DNA of 64,000 nucleotides from Octopus vulgaris (taxonomy: Eukaryota), in NCBI GenBank assembly GCA_951406725.2, contig OX597837.1:47492001-47556000 (forward strand), read 5' to 3'. The position numbers were made by a program, and so were the translations under genes. A model generated the notes under the pieces. The model saw only the letters and a program-made list of their open reading frames with translations, was not told where the DNA came from and made no database searches. Positions within the stretch are counted from its first letter, which is position 1, and each line of letters starts with the position of its first letter. This document shows positions 51,413 to 64,000 of this stretch, piece after piece.

Positions 51413-52112
51413 ATAAGTCATATAAGAAAATAGAGAGGATAAGCAACCGACAAACATCAGCCTGTAAACATTCAATTATATCTATTTATTAATTGATTAC
51501 AATCATGTGTGTAAGTGATCCGAATAAGCGAATGAAATAAGCAAGTAAATAATTAAATAAATATATAAATACAAATAAAGCAATAATAATAGATGAGTGC
51601 ACAAATACTAAACTCTTACGGCCGTTTCTACCATGGGGTTGCTAAAATCTTCCAAGTTATCCTCATCACGCCAATGATATACAGGGATGAACAAACATTG
51701 GACAGGGATAGGAAAATGTTTGAGAGACCAAATGTTCGGAAACTAAGATGTGGGAAGTAAGTTAAAATAATCGAGTAAAATACAATAAAAATAATATAAC
51801 AGAAACAGTAAGGAATGGTAAGAACTTTATTTGAAGATGCTTTCATAATCCATGGTATTACATCTGATGGTAAAGAAAGTCACTTCCAGGAGAAATTTCC
51901 GCAGGCTGTAGGGCTTACATCGTGTTTCAATTATACTCATATATTTTTATTTTTATTTATATATTTATTTACTTATTTGTTTGCTTATTTCATTCGCTTA
52001 TTCGGATCACTTACACACATGATTGTACTCAATTGATAAATAGATATAATTGAATGGTTACAGGCTGATGTTTGTCGGTTGCTTATCCTCTCCAGTTTCT
52101 AAGTTGACTTAC
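51413..52112. repeat. Foldback element with ~170-bp inverted arms and ~360-bp spacer
   Basis: gagaggataagcaaccgacaaacatcagcctgtaa...gtgtgtaagtgatccgaataagcgaatgaaataagcaa is inverted at 51945-52112. Confidence 0.9.
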
Positions 52113-52889
52113 ATATATATATATAAAATTAAATAAGGGTAGAAATTGATATTAATCAATTAAAACCAGTGGCCTCGAGTTCGGGTTCAGTCCCGCTCGG
52201 TGGAACTGTAGGCCCTAGCTGACAATAGCTTGTAAGTGAATGTGGTACTCGAAAACTGTAAGAAGCCCGTCGTAGATATGTATGTATATGTGCGTCTCTC
52301 TGTGCGGTGGTCCCTCACCGTTTCACAACTGATATTGGTTTGTTTACGTCCGTGAAAATTAGCAGTTCTGTAAATGATATCGATAAAATAACTATCACAT
52401 TTAGAATAAGTACTGGGATCGATTTTTCAATTAACCCTATGCGGCGCTGCTCCAGTATGACCGCAGTCATATAGATATACATACTTACATACATACGTAT
52501 ATACATGCGTACACGCACACACATACATATATTCATACAGACATACACACACATACACACACACACGCTCACATTCATGCAAAAATATATTCATACAAAC
52601 ATACGTACATGTACACATATATTCGTACGTACGTACATACATACACACACACACACACATACACACACATAGTTTATAGATTAGAAACAAGTATTCTCCG
52701 TATAGAATTAAAGGGGTCGCAAACCCTTTAATTGCTGATGTCATTTCTGTTCTGTGTAATTCGAACCATTTTATATGTAAAAATATGTACATTTTTTGTA
52801 TTAAATGTATTTAATATTTTTAGTAAACTGATTGCCTTATTTGCTTGTCCTTACATTTACATACATACGTATGTACATACATAGACATA

Positions 52890-53045
52890 CATGAATGCGT
52901 ATATGAATGTATACATATATGAATGTATGCGTATATGAATGTATACATATATGAATGTATGCGTATATGAATGTATACATATATGAATGTATGCGTATAT
53001 GAATGTATGCGTATATGAATGTATACATATATGAATGTATACATA
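52890..53045. repeat. 16/18-bp minisatellite (atatgaatgtat[gcgt/acatat])
   Basis: Direct reading. Confidence 0.85.
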
Positions 53046-53070
53046 TATGCCTACATATTTAGATATGTAC

Positions 53071-53109
<39 letters not shown>

Positions 53110-53694
53110 AACCACCTTCAAGTAATAATAATGCTACTGATATTCCACCCGAATTTAGCATTATATTTCTTTGAATAGTTGCTGACGCATTCGGGTATTT
53201 ATGCGTATCCGGATGTTTATAGCTAAATACAAATCGTGGGTAGCCAAACAAAGCATTGTATATTGAATATGTTTAACAGAGTGCCGAAAATATGTAAAAC
53301 ATTCTTGTAGTTAAACCTGCTGTGTGTATATATACACACGAAGGGACATGTATATAGGCAAGCTGAGCTGCCTGAACCTTCGACGTTACTGTCAACAACA
53401 TTTCTGTATAAGAATAATAAATATATACTCTACAAAAGTACAGAGTAACCAATCAGATTGATGTAAAATTATTTTTATTACAACTCCCTGGTTCTCAATC
53501 GGGATGCATATTTGACCCTTAAGGGATCATATAAAACTTTGCTATTTAAAATTTATCTGCAATAAACTATTTATACTTGTTCAATATTGTAACAATTTTA
53601 AAAATTCCTAATAATGTATTTAATTATGAAAATAGAATGCTGTTTTTTTACAACATCGACTAGCTATGGGAGAGCATCCGAGTAAAACAATCCT

Positions 53695-53753
<59 letters not shown>

Positions 53754-53819
53754 GGTCCCGGGTTGAGTAAATAAGGTACTCAATACATAGCAGAGTAAAT
53801 TAATGTATGTATATGTATG

Positions 53820-53883
<64 letters not shown>

Positions 53884-54281
53884 GTGTGTGTGTGTGTGTG
53901 CTTGTGTATTTATATGTATGTATGTGTGTGTCTGTATGTATATACATGGGCATATGTATGTGTATATATATGGATATTCGCATGTGTATGTATGTGGGTT
54001 TGTATGTATATTTATTTTATATGTTCTTTTATGTATACTTATCTACTTCTTCCCTCCACTTAATAACAACAACAACAAACTGACTAAAAGCAATAGTCTT
54101 CTAATTTACCTAAAACTCTATTCAATTATTCTATTTATTCATTTATTTACTTTATCACTGATTCTTTTCACCACTCCCCTAAGAACGACAGTTTGTGCCC
54201 TGCATACCCCAAAAACGTCCCCCACCACCACCCCATTAAATCTGCCTAAATGTATAAATACCAGACCTTATTTTGACAGCC

Positions 54282-54332
54282 AGCTTCCTGATGATTTCAT
54301 TTGAATGAAACAGTTCTAATCCTGTAGAAGCT
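54282..54332 (+). ncRNA. Near-canonical type I hammerhead ribozyme
   Basis: AGCTTC-CTGATGA-TTTC(ATTT)GAAT-GAAA-CAG(TTCTAATC)CTG-TA-GAAGCT. Perfect 6-bp stem I, intact core, stem III with 8-nt loop, GUA triplet. U.U at the base of stem II. Confidence 0.75.
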
Positions 54333-54338
54333 CCTTCT

Positions 54339-54391
<53 letters not shown>

Positions 54392-54395
<4 letters not shown>

Positions 54396-54580
54396 AGAGT
54401 TTACGAAAAAAACAACAAAAGACGAAGACAGGTGGTGTACAAAACAAACAGATATATTAGTATAACGCTCAGGAATAGAAAAGTCTTTTACGTTTCGAGC
54501 CTACGCTCTTCTACAGAAAGGGACACAGAAAAACAAGGAGAGAAAAAATGTGTGTGTAGTGGCTAACGATCTATCATGGC

Positions 54581-54582
<2 letters not shown>
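54392..54582 (+). mobile_element. ~190-bp interspersed repeat flanked by (TA)n (possibly Penelope-like terminal repeat)
   Basis: gacgaagacaggtggtgtacaaaacaaacag...tttacgtttcgagcctacgctcttc...gtggctaacgatctatca. Copies at about 9265-9440, 38375-38515, 38705-38890(-) and 50480-50685. Confidence 0.75.
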
Positions 54583-54631
<49 letters not shown>

Positions 54632-54653
54632 TATATACACACACACACACACG

Positions 54654-54715
<62 letters not shown>

Positions 54716-54786
54716 TAATAGGGAGTATAACTCCAAACTTACAGGGAAAAATTCAATTTAGTATTAAATTAAATTTCACAGTATAA

Positions 54787-55028
54787 ATATGAATTAGAGA
54801 TAAAACCACTATTATGCAACTCAAACATTGATAGACATAAACCAATACATAAATAACAAATAATATATATATATTTTTTTTTATCATTCATTTTATACTT
54901 TTTGAGATCTAGTTATGAGTTATATATTATAAAAAAAACTATATATATATATTATTTGTTATTTATGTATTGGTGTATGTCTATCACTGTTTGAGTTGCA
55001 TAATAGTGGTTTTATCTCTAATTCATAT

Positions 55029-55029
<1 letters not shown>
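54787..55029. repeat. Inverted repeat, ~85-bp arms
   Basis: aatatgaattagagataaaaccactattatgcaactcaaaca / tgtttgagttgcataatagtggttttatctctaattcatatt. Confidence 0.9.
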
Positions 55030-55069
<40 letters not shown>

Positions 55070-55100
55070 TAATTAATTAATATATATATATATATAAATA

Positions 55101-55330
55101 AGGCGGTGAGCTGGCAGAAACGTTAGCACGCCGGGCGAAATGCGTAGCCGTATTTCGCCTGCCGTTACGTTCTGAGTTCAAATTCCGCCGAGGTCGACTT
55201 TGCCTTTCATCCTTTCGGGGTCGATAGATAAAGTACCAGTTACGCACTGGGGTCGATGTAATCGACTTAATCCCTTTGTCTGTCCTTGTTTGTCCCCTCT
55301 ATGTTTAGCCCCTTGTGGGCAATAAAGAAA
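55101..55330 (+). mobile_element. tRNA-derived SINE family A, young monomer copy
   Basis: ggcggtgagctggcagaaacgttagcacgccgggcgaaatgc...gagttcaaattccgccgaggtcgactttgcctttcatcc...aataaagaaata. Confidence 0.92.
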
Positions 55331-56291
55331 TATATATATATATGTATATATATATTATAAACCCATCATTTACGTGTTTGGCCCAAAGGCTGTACTTATT
55401 CTGTCTTCGTCCATCATTTCAAATTACATTTGTTTATTTTCGTATTGAAAGTTCCCCCATTCTTATCGTCTTTTGTTTTATTATTCGAGTGAGAGGACAT
55501 ATGAAAGAATATTTCTATATTATTTTTTTCCTGTTTTAGATGTTATTGTAGCTGCAAGTAGAAGTAGATAACGTTATTTTGCTCTGTTTGGGAGCTTCTC
55601 AATGTACAGCATGAATATATCTGCGTCTGTATATATGTATGTGTGTATGTATTTATGTAAGTGTGTATGTATTTATGTATGCAAGTACGAGAGGGGTGTC
55701 GAAAAGTTCCTGGTTTTGGGTAAAAGAAAATGCAAGAGATATGATTTTGTTCAACATATTCCCCTCTCAGATTCATGCACTTGTTGCGGTGGTCCTCCGG
55801 TTTTTTTTTTACGCCCTGTAAAATAACTCAGAATGTTGGGCCTCCAACCAGGCGTTTTGCGAAACCCTTAAAGCTAGGAACTTTTCGGCACACACAGCCC
55901 CACCTCGTATGTATGTGAGTTTGTATATTTCTCCGATTCTCTTTTTAACTATTTTTAATCTTATAAAATTCCATGCCTTGAACGAAGATAACAAAAGCTT
56001 GAGAAAATACTTGTATACTATGTATGTATGTATGTATGTATGTATGTATGTATGTATGTATGTATGTATGTATGTATGTATGTATGTATGGGTGGTTGGC
56101 TGTATGGATGAATGGATACATACATGCATCGATAGATAGACAGATGTTAGTACATACATACATACGTACGTACATATACCTGAGTAAGCACGTAAATGTG
56201 AAACAAGGTGGGGAAAATAGTACTCGAATACCGGAGGTAGTGTAATACTCTTTATTATTAAAGCTGCAAAAATCACAAAATATCACAAAAG

Positions 56292-56333
56292 AACTGCTAC
56301 TCAGAGTTTCACGTTCCCGTTCGTCGGGCAGTT
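56292..56333 (-). ncRNA. Minimal type I hammerhead motif with one core substitution
   Basis: Minus strand AACTGC-CCGACGA-ACG(GGAA)CGT-GAAA-CTCTGAG-TA-GCAGTT. All three stems present; core has C in place of U4. Confidence 0.65.
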
Positions 56334-57987
56334 GTGATCCAGAATGGAATAAGAATTTAGGTTATACGTATAATTTATATTATGATGTAATTCGCATTAA
56401 CAGATACACGTTTCGATTTGATTGCTCGTTTCAACAAACGGGTTTTCAAAAGCATTGAAGCCAGGACAATAAATGCAAAATAGAAAATAAAAATAGAATT
56501 TTTTTAAAGGAAATTAAAATAAAAGGCCTAAATATCGTGCTGTATAAAATCGAAGAGGACCTTATATCAAAGAGAAAAATTTAGGTTAAAAAGAAATCAT
56601 GCATGTCCTGAGTAAATCATATAAAAAGAAACTTATATTAATTACTTATTAACCATTAATTAATTTACTCTGGACATGTAGGATTGTTGCTCTATGCTTT
56701 AGAGTCTACTTCTTTTCGGATATATGATACATTGACGATATATGTATCTTGCCTTCAAAGATATAGGCTAGTCCACAGAAACATTGCTTCGGAATCAGAT
56801 TCCAAAGGGCGAAGATATAGAAGAAGCTTGAATAATATCTGTCACTTGTGTTTGAAACCCTGTCAGTCAGCAACTGGTCTTAAAAGTCATCTGTGGGCTC
56901 ATCAACGGAGGGATTGTGCTGTATGATGTGGGTGTTAAAGCACTCGGCCTTATGGTTAGGGTGTTACAATCACAATCGCTAGGTCGTGGTTTCGAACCCC
57001 AGTCCGGACGACATGTTGGGTTTTTGAGCAGAAACACTTCACGTCACGTTGCGCTAGCGCTGTGTATAGAAAAAGCAATGACGAGGGCCAATGTTTCCTC
57101 TGCAGGTCATAGAAACGGTGGTTGAGACGGGATTTGCATTCCGACCTCGTAAAACCCCTCACCAGTAACAACTGCCCAAACAGACCCGTGGGTTGGAGCG
57201 TTGTCGCCTGAGTGGTGCATAGGGGTCATCCGCCAGGAGTGGTAGGAAATCACCAACAAATGATGATTGCAGCGGCGCGCAGTTACTGCGCATGCCCCTC
57301 GCCCTCCATACTTACAACTAGGTATTAAGGCTCACTCTCTCCCTCTCCAATAAATGATTTTACACTTTAAAATATATTTAAAACAATCAACAAGTTCGGT
57401 GGAGGGGCTGAGTCGATTGCTTCGACTCCAGGACCCAACTGTTACTTATTTTATACGTTCCGGAAGTATGAAAGGCAATATCGCCCTCAGCGGAATTTGA
57501 ACTGTGAATGATAAGACGGACGAAATGTCGCTAAGCATTTTGTCCGGCAAGCTGACGATTATGTCAGCTCGCTGCCTTAAACGACAGCGCGCGCGCGCGT
57601 GTATGTGTATGTGTGTGTAGGCATAAGTATGTATATTTATGTATATGTTTATGGAATTTGTGCGTCTATGTGCATATGTGAGTAATTTGTGTGTATTCAT
57701 GTAAGTGTATATGTATATGTGTGTTTATGTGTATATGTGCATGTATGTATGTGTTTGTGTGTATGTGCCTTTATGTGTGTATGTATATAAGGTATGTATG
57801 AGAATGTATAAATATGTATACGCAAGTGTGCGTATGTGGGTGTCTACATACATACGTATGTGTGTGTTTTTGTGTACATATGTGTACGTATATATATGTA
57901 AGTACGCATGTGTGTATGTATAGCAGTGTATAGGTGTGTGCTTATGCATCTGTGAACATGCTGCGTCGGCGTGTGTATACGTTTGTC

Positions 57988-58029
<42 letters not shown>

Positions 58030-58436
58030 TGTGTGTGAGAGAGAGAGAGAGAAATAGAGAGAAATAGAGAGAGAAAACCTGGGGAAATGTCTGTAGATGC
58101 GTTCACACGCATCTGTATTTATTATGCAGGAAGCGGTGACCTCGTTCCGCTGACCACCAATCTCATTGCGTTGAAGAGTCCTATCCGCTCATTGTTCCAA
58201 TAAAGAAATGATAACAATCTTCAGTCTTTAAGAAAATTTTTTGAGACAACCGGAGAAGCTGAAGACTTTTGCGAACCACAGTGATCACGTGATACCAGTG
58301 TCAGATTCTTACAGGAATCTTCACAACAAACCAGAACTCACTGTAATTGCTTGTAACGACCAACAGATTAATTATAAACGAGATATTAGCAGCTGGCGTG
58401 GCTGTATGGTAAGACGTTTGCTTCCCAACCATATGA

Positions 58437-58831
58437 ATCTTTTCTACTCTAGGCACAAGGCCCGAAATTTGGGGGGAGGGGTCCAGTCGATTAGATCCAC
58501 CCCAGTACGCAACTGGTGCTTAATTTATCGACCCCGAAAGGATAAAAGGCAAAGTCGACTTTGGCGGAATATGAACTCAGAACGGAGAGACAGACGAAAT
58601 ACCTATTTCTTTACTACCCACAAGGGACTAAACACAGAGGGGACAAAGGACAGACAAACGGATTAAGTCGATTATATCGACCCCAGTGCATAACTGGTAC
58701 TTAATTTATCGACCCCGAAAGGATGAAAGGCAAAGTCGACCTCGGCGGAATTTGAACTCAGAACGTAACTGCAGACAAGATACCGTTAAGCATTTCGCCC
58801 GGCGTGCTAACGTTTCTGCCAGTTCGCCGCC
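58437..58831 (-). mobile_element. Dimeric family A SINE nested in a family B SINE
   Basis: Host sequence cttcccaacca(t/c)atg occurs on both sides (about 58421 and 58840), like a target-site duplication. Confidence 0.85.
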
Positions 58832-59136
58832 AATTGGTTACTTCCCAACCACATGGTTCCGATGTCAGTCCCGCTGCATTGCACCATGGACAAGCGCTGT
58901 TTTACAATAGCCTCGGGTCAACCAAAGATTTGTTAGTGGATTTGGCACTGAAAGAAGTCTATCATAAATACACCGTGAGAGGTATAAAAAAAAAAAACAA
59001 CTTTCAAGAACAACAGCAATTTATTTACGTCGAATGCTGTCAGCTTCTCCCATATCGAAGTTCGATAAGCTGGAAAAAGCTTTTTTTATAGTTCACGTTT
59101 AACATCTAGGGTTGCTATGGATACAAATAAGAATCC

Positions 59137-59300
59137 AGGTTGAGAGAATAGAGCAGGTAAAATTCAGGCTACATACGTTTCCTAACTAGCAGATCTTCGG
59201 AACTAATAATTACTTTCGTTGGTAATTATTATTTCCGAGGATCTTCTAGCTAAGAAATATATGTGGCCTGGATTTTACCTGCTCCATTCTCTCAACTTGA
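59137..59300. repeat. Imperfect hairpin, ~78-bp arms
   Basis: gttgagagaatagagcaggtaaaattcaggc...aataattac / gtaattatt...gcctggattttacctgctccattctctcaac. Confidence 0.88.
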
Positions 59301-59312
59301 TATATACATATA

Positions 59313-59378
<66 letters not shown>

Positions 59379-60076
59379 GAAGTAAATTACTGGAAAGCAA
59401 TACTCTCGTATTGCATTACTATATATATATATAAGGCAAGCTGGCAGAAGAGTGCGAAATACTTAGAGGTGTGTTTCGTTCGTCCTTGCGTTCTGAGTTC
59501 AAATTCTGCCGAGGCTGACTTTGCATTTCATCCTTCCGGGTTCGATATAATAAATACCAGTTGAGTACTGGAGACCGTTGCAATCGGTTTAACAACTCCT
59601 GTATAAGAGTATAAAAAGTTGCACCCTCTGCTAAGCCAAGAGTATAAAAACTGTACTCTCTGTTGGGCCTGTGTGGCAGAGTGGGCTCATCAAACCAGTG
59701 TGATCTGAAACTCAAAGCCACGGCCTCCACATTAGACTGCGGTTGGCGGAGAGAATTTGCTCAGGCCTTCATCCTGCTGTGGACTGAACTCTCTGGATCA
59801 TTGTATTAACTTGTAAGTGGTTGAGTATTTCGTAGTCACGGTTCTCCTAAACATAATTCTTTGGCAGAATCAGCATGACGCATTGATAAGGTTGTATATT
59901 TCGAACTACAATACGCCGAAGGGCTTCATTATAGTTTCTTTTTGATCAGTTTCACTCAAAAGACATGGGGTCGATTCAAGATTATAGAAAGGGACAAATG
60001 TCCTAGAAACCGTGAAGAGGGATCGAATCCAGCAGAAGCGAACTTCTTGACCATTTGTCCTTATTACGCCTATAGG

Positions 60077-60140
<64 letters not shown>

Positions 60141-60349
60141 AGGTTAGTTATGCAATATTACCCTCTACCTCCTGCAAACAAACACACGTTAGACCGGCCG
60201 ATTCTTATAGCGATGCTCTGGCCGTACTTGAACCCATACCCTCTGACCATCAATCAGGTCACTGACTTCCGCTGCATTCAGGGCTCACGTTTCGACACCA
60301 TTCGAGAAAGGGTGGAAGCGGCGTAAGGATATGTACTTGGCTTGTTAGA

Positions 60350-60470
60350 GTAAATTATTTGTTAAACTAAAAATTTGGGACAATAAAACATAGAAGATCG
60401 CTGGCTGCTTTACTGCCAACGAGCCCGTCTGTTTTATTATCCCAAATTTTTAGTTTAACAAATAACTTGC
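60350..60470. repeat. Imperfect hairpin, ~55-bp arms
   Basis: ttatttgttaaactaaaaatttggga / tcccaaatttttagtttaacaaataa. Confidence 0.88.
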
Positions 60471-60640
60471 CAAATATTTTGTGATTTTAAGCGTAAATTC
60501 AATGTGTTTTGTATGCAACACTGATTTTTATATATTTATATATATATTGTATGGTGTTTATTTATTTATGTATTATTATTATACTTTTAAACGTCGGGCT
60601 TTATGTCTGTTCTGTAGATATAAATGAATATATGAATATA

Positions 60641-61518
60641 CTAGCTTAAGGTGACCCGCTCAACGTGCGGATAAGAGCATGGTTGTTACTTTCTGTTGCT
60701 TCCTTTCTGTTTTTTTATCACCACATTCTCCCTCTTTGTTTCTCTCTCCTTTCTCTCTCACTTTCCCACTCTCTTACTCTTCCTTTCTCTCGGACTCTCC
60801 CTCGCTTTCTCTTACTCTCTATCTTTATCTATCTATCTCGCTCCCATTTATAAAGGACAAAAGATCTTGAGTAAGTTGAGAAAGAAAGTAGTTTGAAAGA
60901 TCATTCATAAATATCAGGCAGTGACAACGGAAAGGTCTGCTTCAAGACAGACAGCAAAACACTAACATTTAAAAGGGACAGACGAACTTGCGAGCTGAAT
61001 AAAAAATTTTTTAAATATTGGAAACCAAAGTTTGAAGGGATAGAATCTGAGGATAGTAGAGTCACCATGGCTGGTATTTCTTAACGACGGACAGCAACGT
61101 AGTGGCAGTTTAACGGCTGGCGTAAAATTTTGAACTTGATGTAAAAGAAAATTCCTAAACATTAAGTTTTGAAGTGATTCTTTCTCACGACAGTAGACTC
61201 ACCAATGCAAGCATTCAAAACTTCTTCATCATGGACGGCAACACATTGAAGATTTAAAGGCTGGCGCAAATTTTCTAGCTTCATGTAACAGAGAATTCCT
61301 AAACACCCGCTCCTGTAAATTTTGATCCCCTTCAAGCCCCATTTAGACCACTTTTCACATTTTGGTTAATATAACCCGATTTCATTTTATAAGATGAGGA
61401 ATTTTGTCCTAGAGGTCACGCCTTTCATTTGAGGAAAAAAATAGTTGCCATGCAAACTCGTCAGCACTTTTAACATAGATGTGCATATTTTCAGCTCAAC
61501 CGACCACATAATGCACAC

Positions 61519-61561
<43 letters not shown>

Positions 61562-61834
61562 GCATTATATATATATATGTGTGTGTGTGTACGCATATAT
61601 ATACAAATGTATACAAATAAATTAAATTTGAGATAAAACCACTATTAGGCAAATCAAACAGTGAAAAACATAAACGAAAACATAAAAATAAAAATATAAT
61701 ATACAAAATATATAAAATATAAAATTAAAAAATTTAAATTATTTCAATTTAAAATTAAAATTATTATATTTTTTTTAAATATATATAACTATCAAAAAGT
61801 ATTAAAAAGTTTAATATACATATTTATATATAGA

Positions 61835-61869
<35 letters not shown>

Positions 61870-62129
61870 AATTAACCCAATAAATATCCGATTCATAATA
61901 TTTGTTCTCATGATTGTGTGGTGGTGGTGGTGGTGGCGATGATAATTGTCTATGAATGGAGACAGACAGAGAGAGAGAGTGTGTGTGTGAAAGCGCTGTC
62001 GAAGGCGGGGAGAGGGAGATATAGAACGCTGTTTGACAACGTCATAAAGAGAAAGTGAAGAGATTTAGACGCTGTTAAACGACGTTATATATAGAAACTG
62101 ATGGGAAGGGGGGAAAGAGAGTGAGTGAC
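60641..62129 (-). mobile_element. Non-autonomous Helitron copy 2, 3' part
   Basis: Reverse complement of about 18276-20033. 3' CTAG at 60641-60644 with subterminal hairpin. Confidence 0.88.
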
Positions 62130-62165
62130 ATAGATAGAGAAATTAAGGCCAACAGACCAGATATA

Positions 62166-62205
<40 letters not shown>

Positions 62206-62384
62206 CAAAATACAAAGTTATATCTTGAGATCGCTAGTAATAACAATACTCAAAATACAAGACAGACTGGAATTGTAGTGCTCCAAATGAGCTATATTCG
62301 ATTTGTTAATCTGAGCAGAGGCAATGTGAGCAGCAACTAAAGGAACATTACTAAAATTCACAGAAAAGTCAAACACATACATCA

Positions 62385-62608
62385 TCTCTATATTATAAAT
62401 CTGAAATGCGAAAAGTTTGTTTGTTTGTCTGCTTTTGGCATTGAGAACGGGTTAAAGGCCTCTAGATCCCGTCGGATTGACTCCAAAATTTACAGGGACA
62501 TGTAAAATGAGGTGAGGATGCCAGTGGGCTACGTTAGAAATCCCTATCTTAAAAGGTGTCGTTGCTAGGACCAAAAACGCACTTTGACAAGTCTACTCCC
62601 ATTCTTTA
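62385..62608 (+). mobile_element. Helitron 5' part in opposite orientation to its 3' part
   Basis: A|TCtctatattataaatctgaaatgcg... nearly identical to 18037-18256. Confidence 0.88.
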
Positions 62609-64000
62609 TATGTGTTTGTAAGTCCTGGTGTTTTTGTTATGTATTTGTCTGAATATTTTCTTATCATACCTAATGCACCTACTATGATAGGAATTATTTC
62701 TATTTTCAGATTCCACATTCTAGTTACCTCTATTTCCAGGTCTTTGTATTTTGAGAGTTTCTCCATTTCTTTTAGAGACACCTTGTCATCAGCCAGTATT
62801 GATACATCAATTAGAAAGCATTTTTTTCTTCATGATCTCTGACAACTATATCTGGTCTGTTGGCCTTAATTTCTCTATCTGTGTGTATCGGCATATCCCA
62901 GAGTATGGTTGCTTTCTCGTTTTCTGTAACCTTTTCTGGTGTGTGCCTATACCATCTTTTTTCTGTTGTTATTCTATAATGTTGGCATAGCTTCCAATGT
63001 ATGTAGGTTCCAACTCTGTCATGTCTGTGAATATATTCCTTCTTAGCCAGGACTGGGCAGCTAGAGATAATATGATTTATTGTTTCTTGTCCATCTCCAC
63101 ATATTCTGCAGTTACTTGTAATATTTCTTTTCATTACATGTTTTTGGTAATTTCTGGTGGGGAGGCTTTGGTCTTGTGCTGCAATTAAAAATCCCTCTGT
63201 TTCTGCTTTGAGTCCTGAGCTTCTCAACCATTGCTGGGATTTTTCTTTGTCTATTTCTTTTGCGTTTAGTTTAGTCCAGTATTTACCATGAAGGGGCTTT
63301 TCTTGCCATCGTTTTATCATGGTTCGTTGCTGTTCTATTTTTAGTTTGGATTTCATTTGTTTTATAGCTTTTGTTGTTTCTTCATCTTCTTCTTCTTCTT
63401 CATGTTTATTAGGTGGTATGATTTCTTGTTTGTATTTGTCAGCTTCCTTAAATGCTGAGAACAGTTTTTTGTTTTGCTCGTGTTTTGCCGCTATCTGGAT
63501 CAGTTTTCCTTCCTTCTGAAGTAGATTTTTTGCAGTCCTATGGTGGTTATTTTATAGTAGTTTTCCAGCTGTATAAGGCCTCTACCACCTTCTATACGTT
63601 GTATATATAGTCTTTCTATGTCAGATTTTGGGTGATGCATCCTAGATCCTGTCATTATTTTTCTCGTTTTCCTATCTATTTTGGTCAGTTCATTTCGTGT
63701 CCAGTTAAGGATATTGTAGCTGTAACTTATAACTGGGACAGCTAAAGTGTTGATACCTATTATCTTGTTTTTAGCATTGAGCTCTGTTTTTAGTATTGAT
63801 CTAACTCGTCTATAATATTCTTTTTATATTTTCTCTTTCATTTGTGTGTGTTGTGTCTTATCTAGTTCATGGATTCCTAAGTATTTGTAAGTTTGGCTTT
63901 GGTCTAATTCTTTTATTTCATTGGTTTTATCTAGTGTGATGTTGTTACTCTTAACTAGTTTTCCTCTTTTCAGGGTTACTTTGGCGCATTTTTCTAATCC
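62608..64000 (-). mobile_element. R4/Dong-like non-LTR retrotransposon, relatively young, with frameshifts
   Basis: WQEKPLHGKY, LKAETEGFLIAAQDQSLPTRNY, CCHC CRICGDGQETINHIISSC, RHD, LWDMPIHTDREIKANRPDIV, KYKDLEIEVTRMWNL, IPIIVGALG. Confidence 0.92.

Overview
Eukaryotic, repeat-dense genomic DNA. The SINE families, the R4/Dong-like, RTE and Tx1 LINE debris and the very abundant TA/TATG/CA/trinucleotide microsatellites suggest a coleoid cephalopod, probably Octopus (inference from repeat content). Almost all ORFs in the supplied track are repeat artefacts. The real gene is missed by the track because it is spliced and lies on the minus strand. Five exons with GT-AG boundaries and matching phases can be joined: 28921-28642, 23256-23138, 13555-13485, 12282-12128 and 7994-32. 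They encode a type II membrane protein: cytoplasmic tail, one TM helix, a SEA domain with an LRKG/SILA autoproteolysis-type motif, then an ~8-kb single mucin exon. That exon carries about 180 cationic KEP(K/I)TTPKA repeats, reminiscent of lubricin KEPAPTT, followed by about 95-100 anionic EEPTTTVTT repeats. The gene continues beyond position 1. The introns and upstream region also hold several hammerhead-ribozyme-like motifs, many foldback hairpins, a 3.8-kb 27-mer G-rich minisatellite, head-to-tail and rearranged Helitrons, and Chapaev3-like and Tc1/mariner relics. TE boundaries are approximate because they were read by eye.
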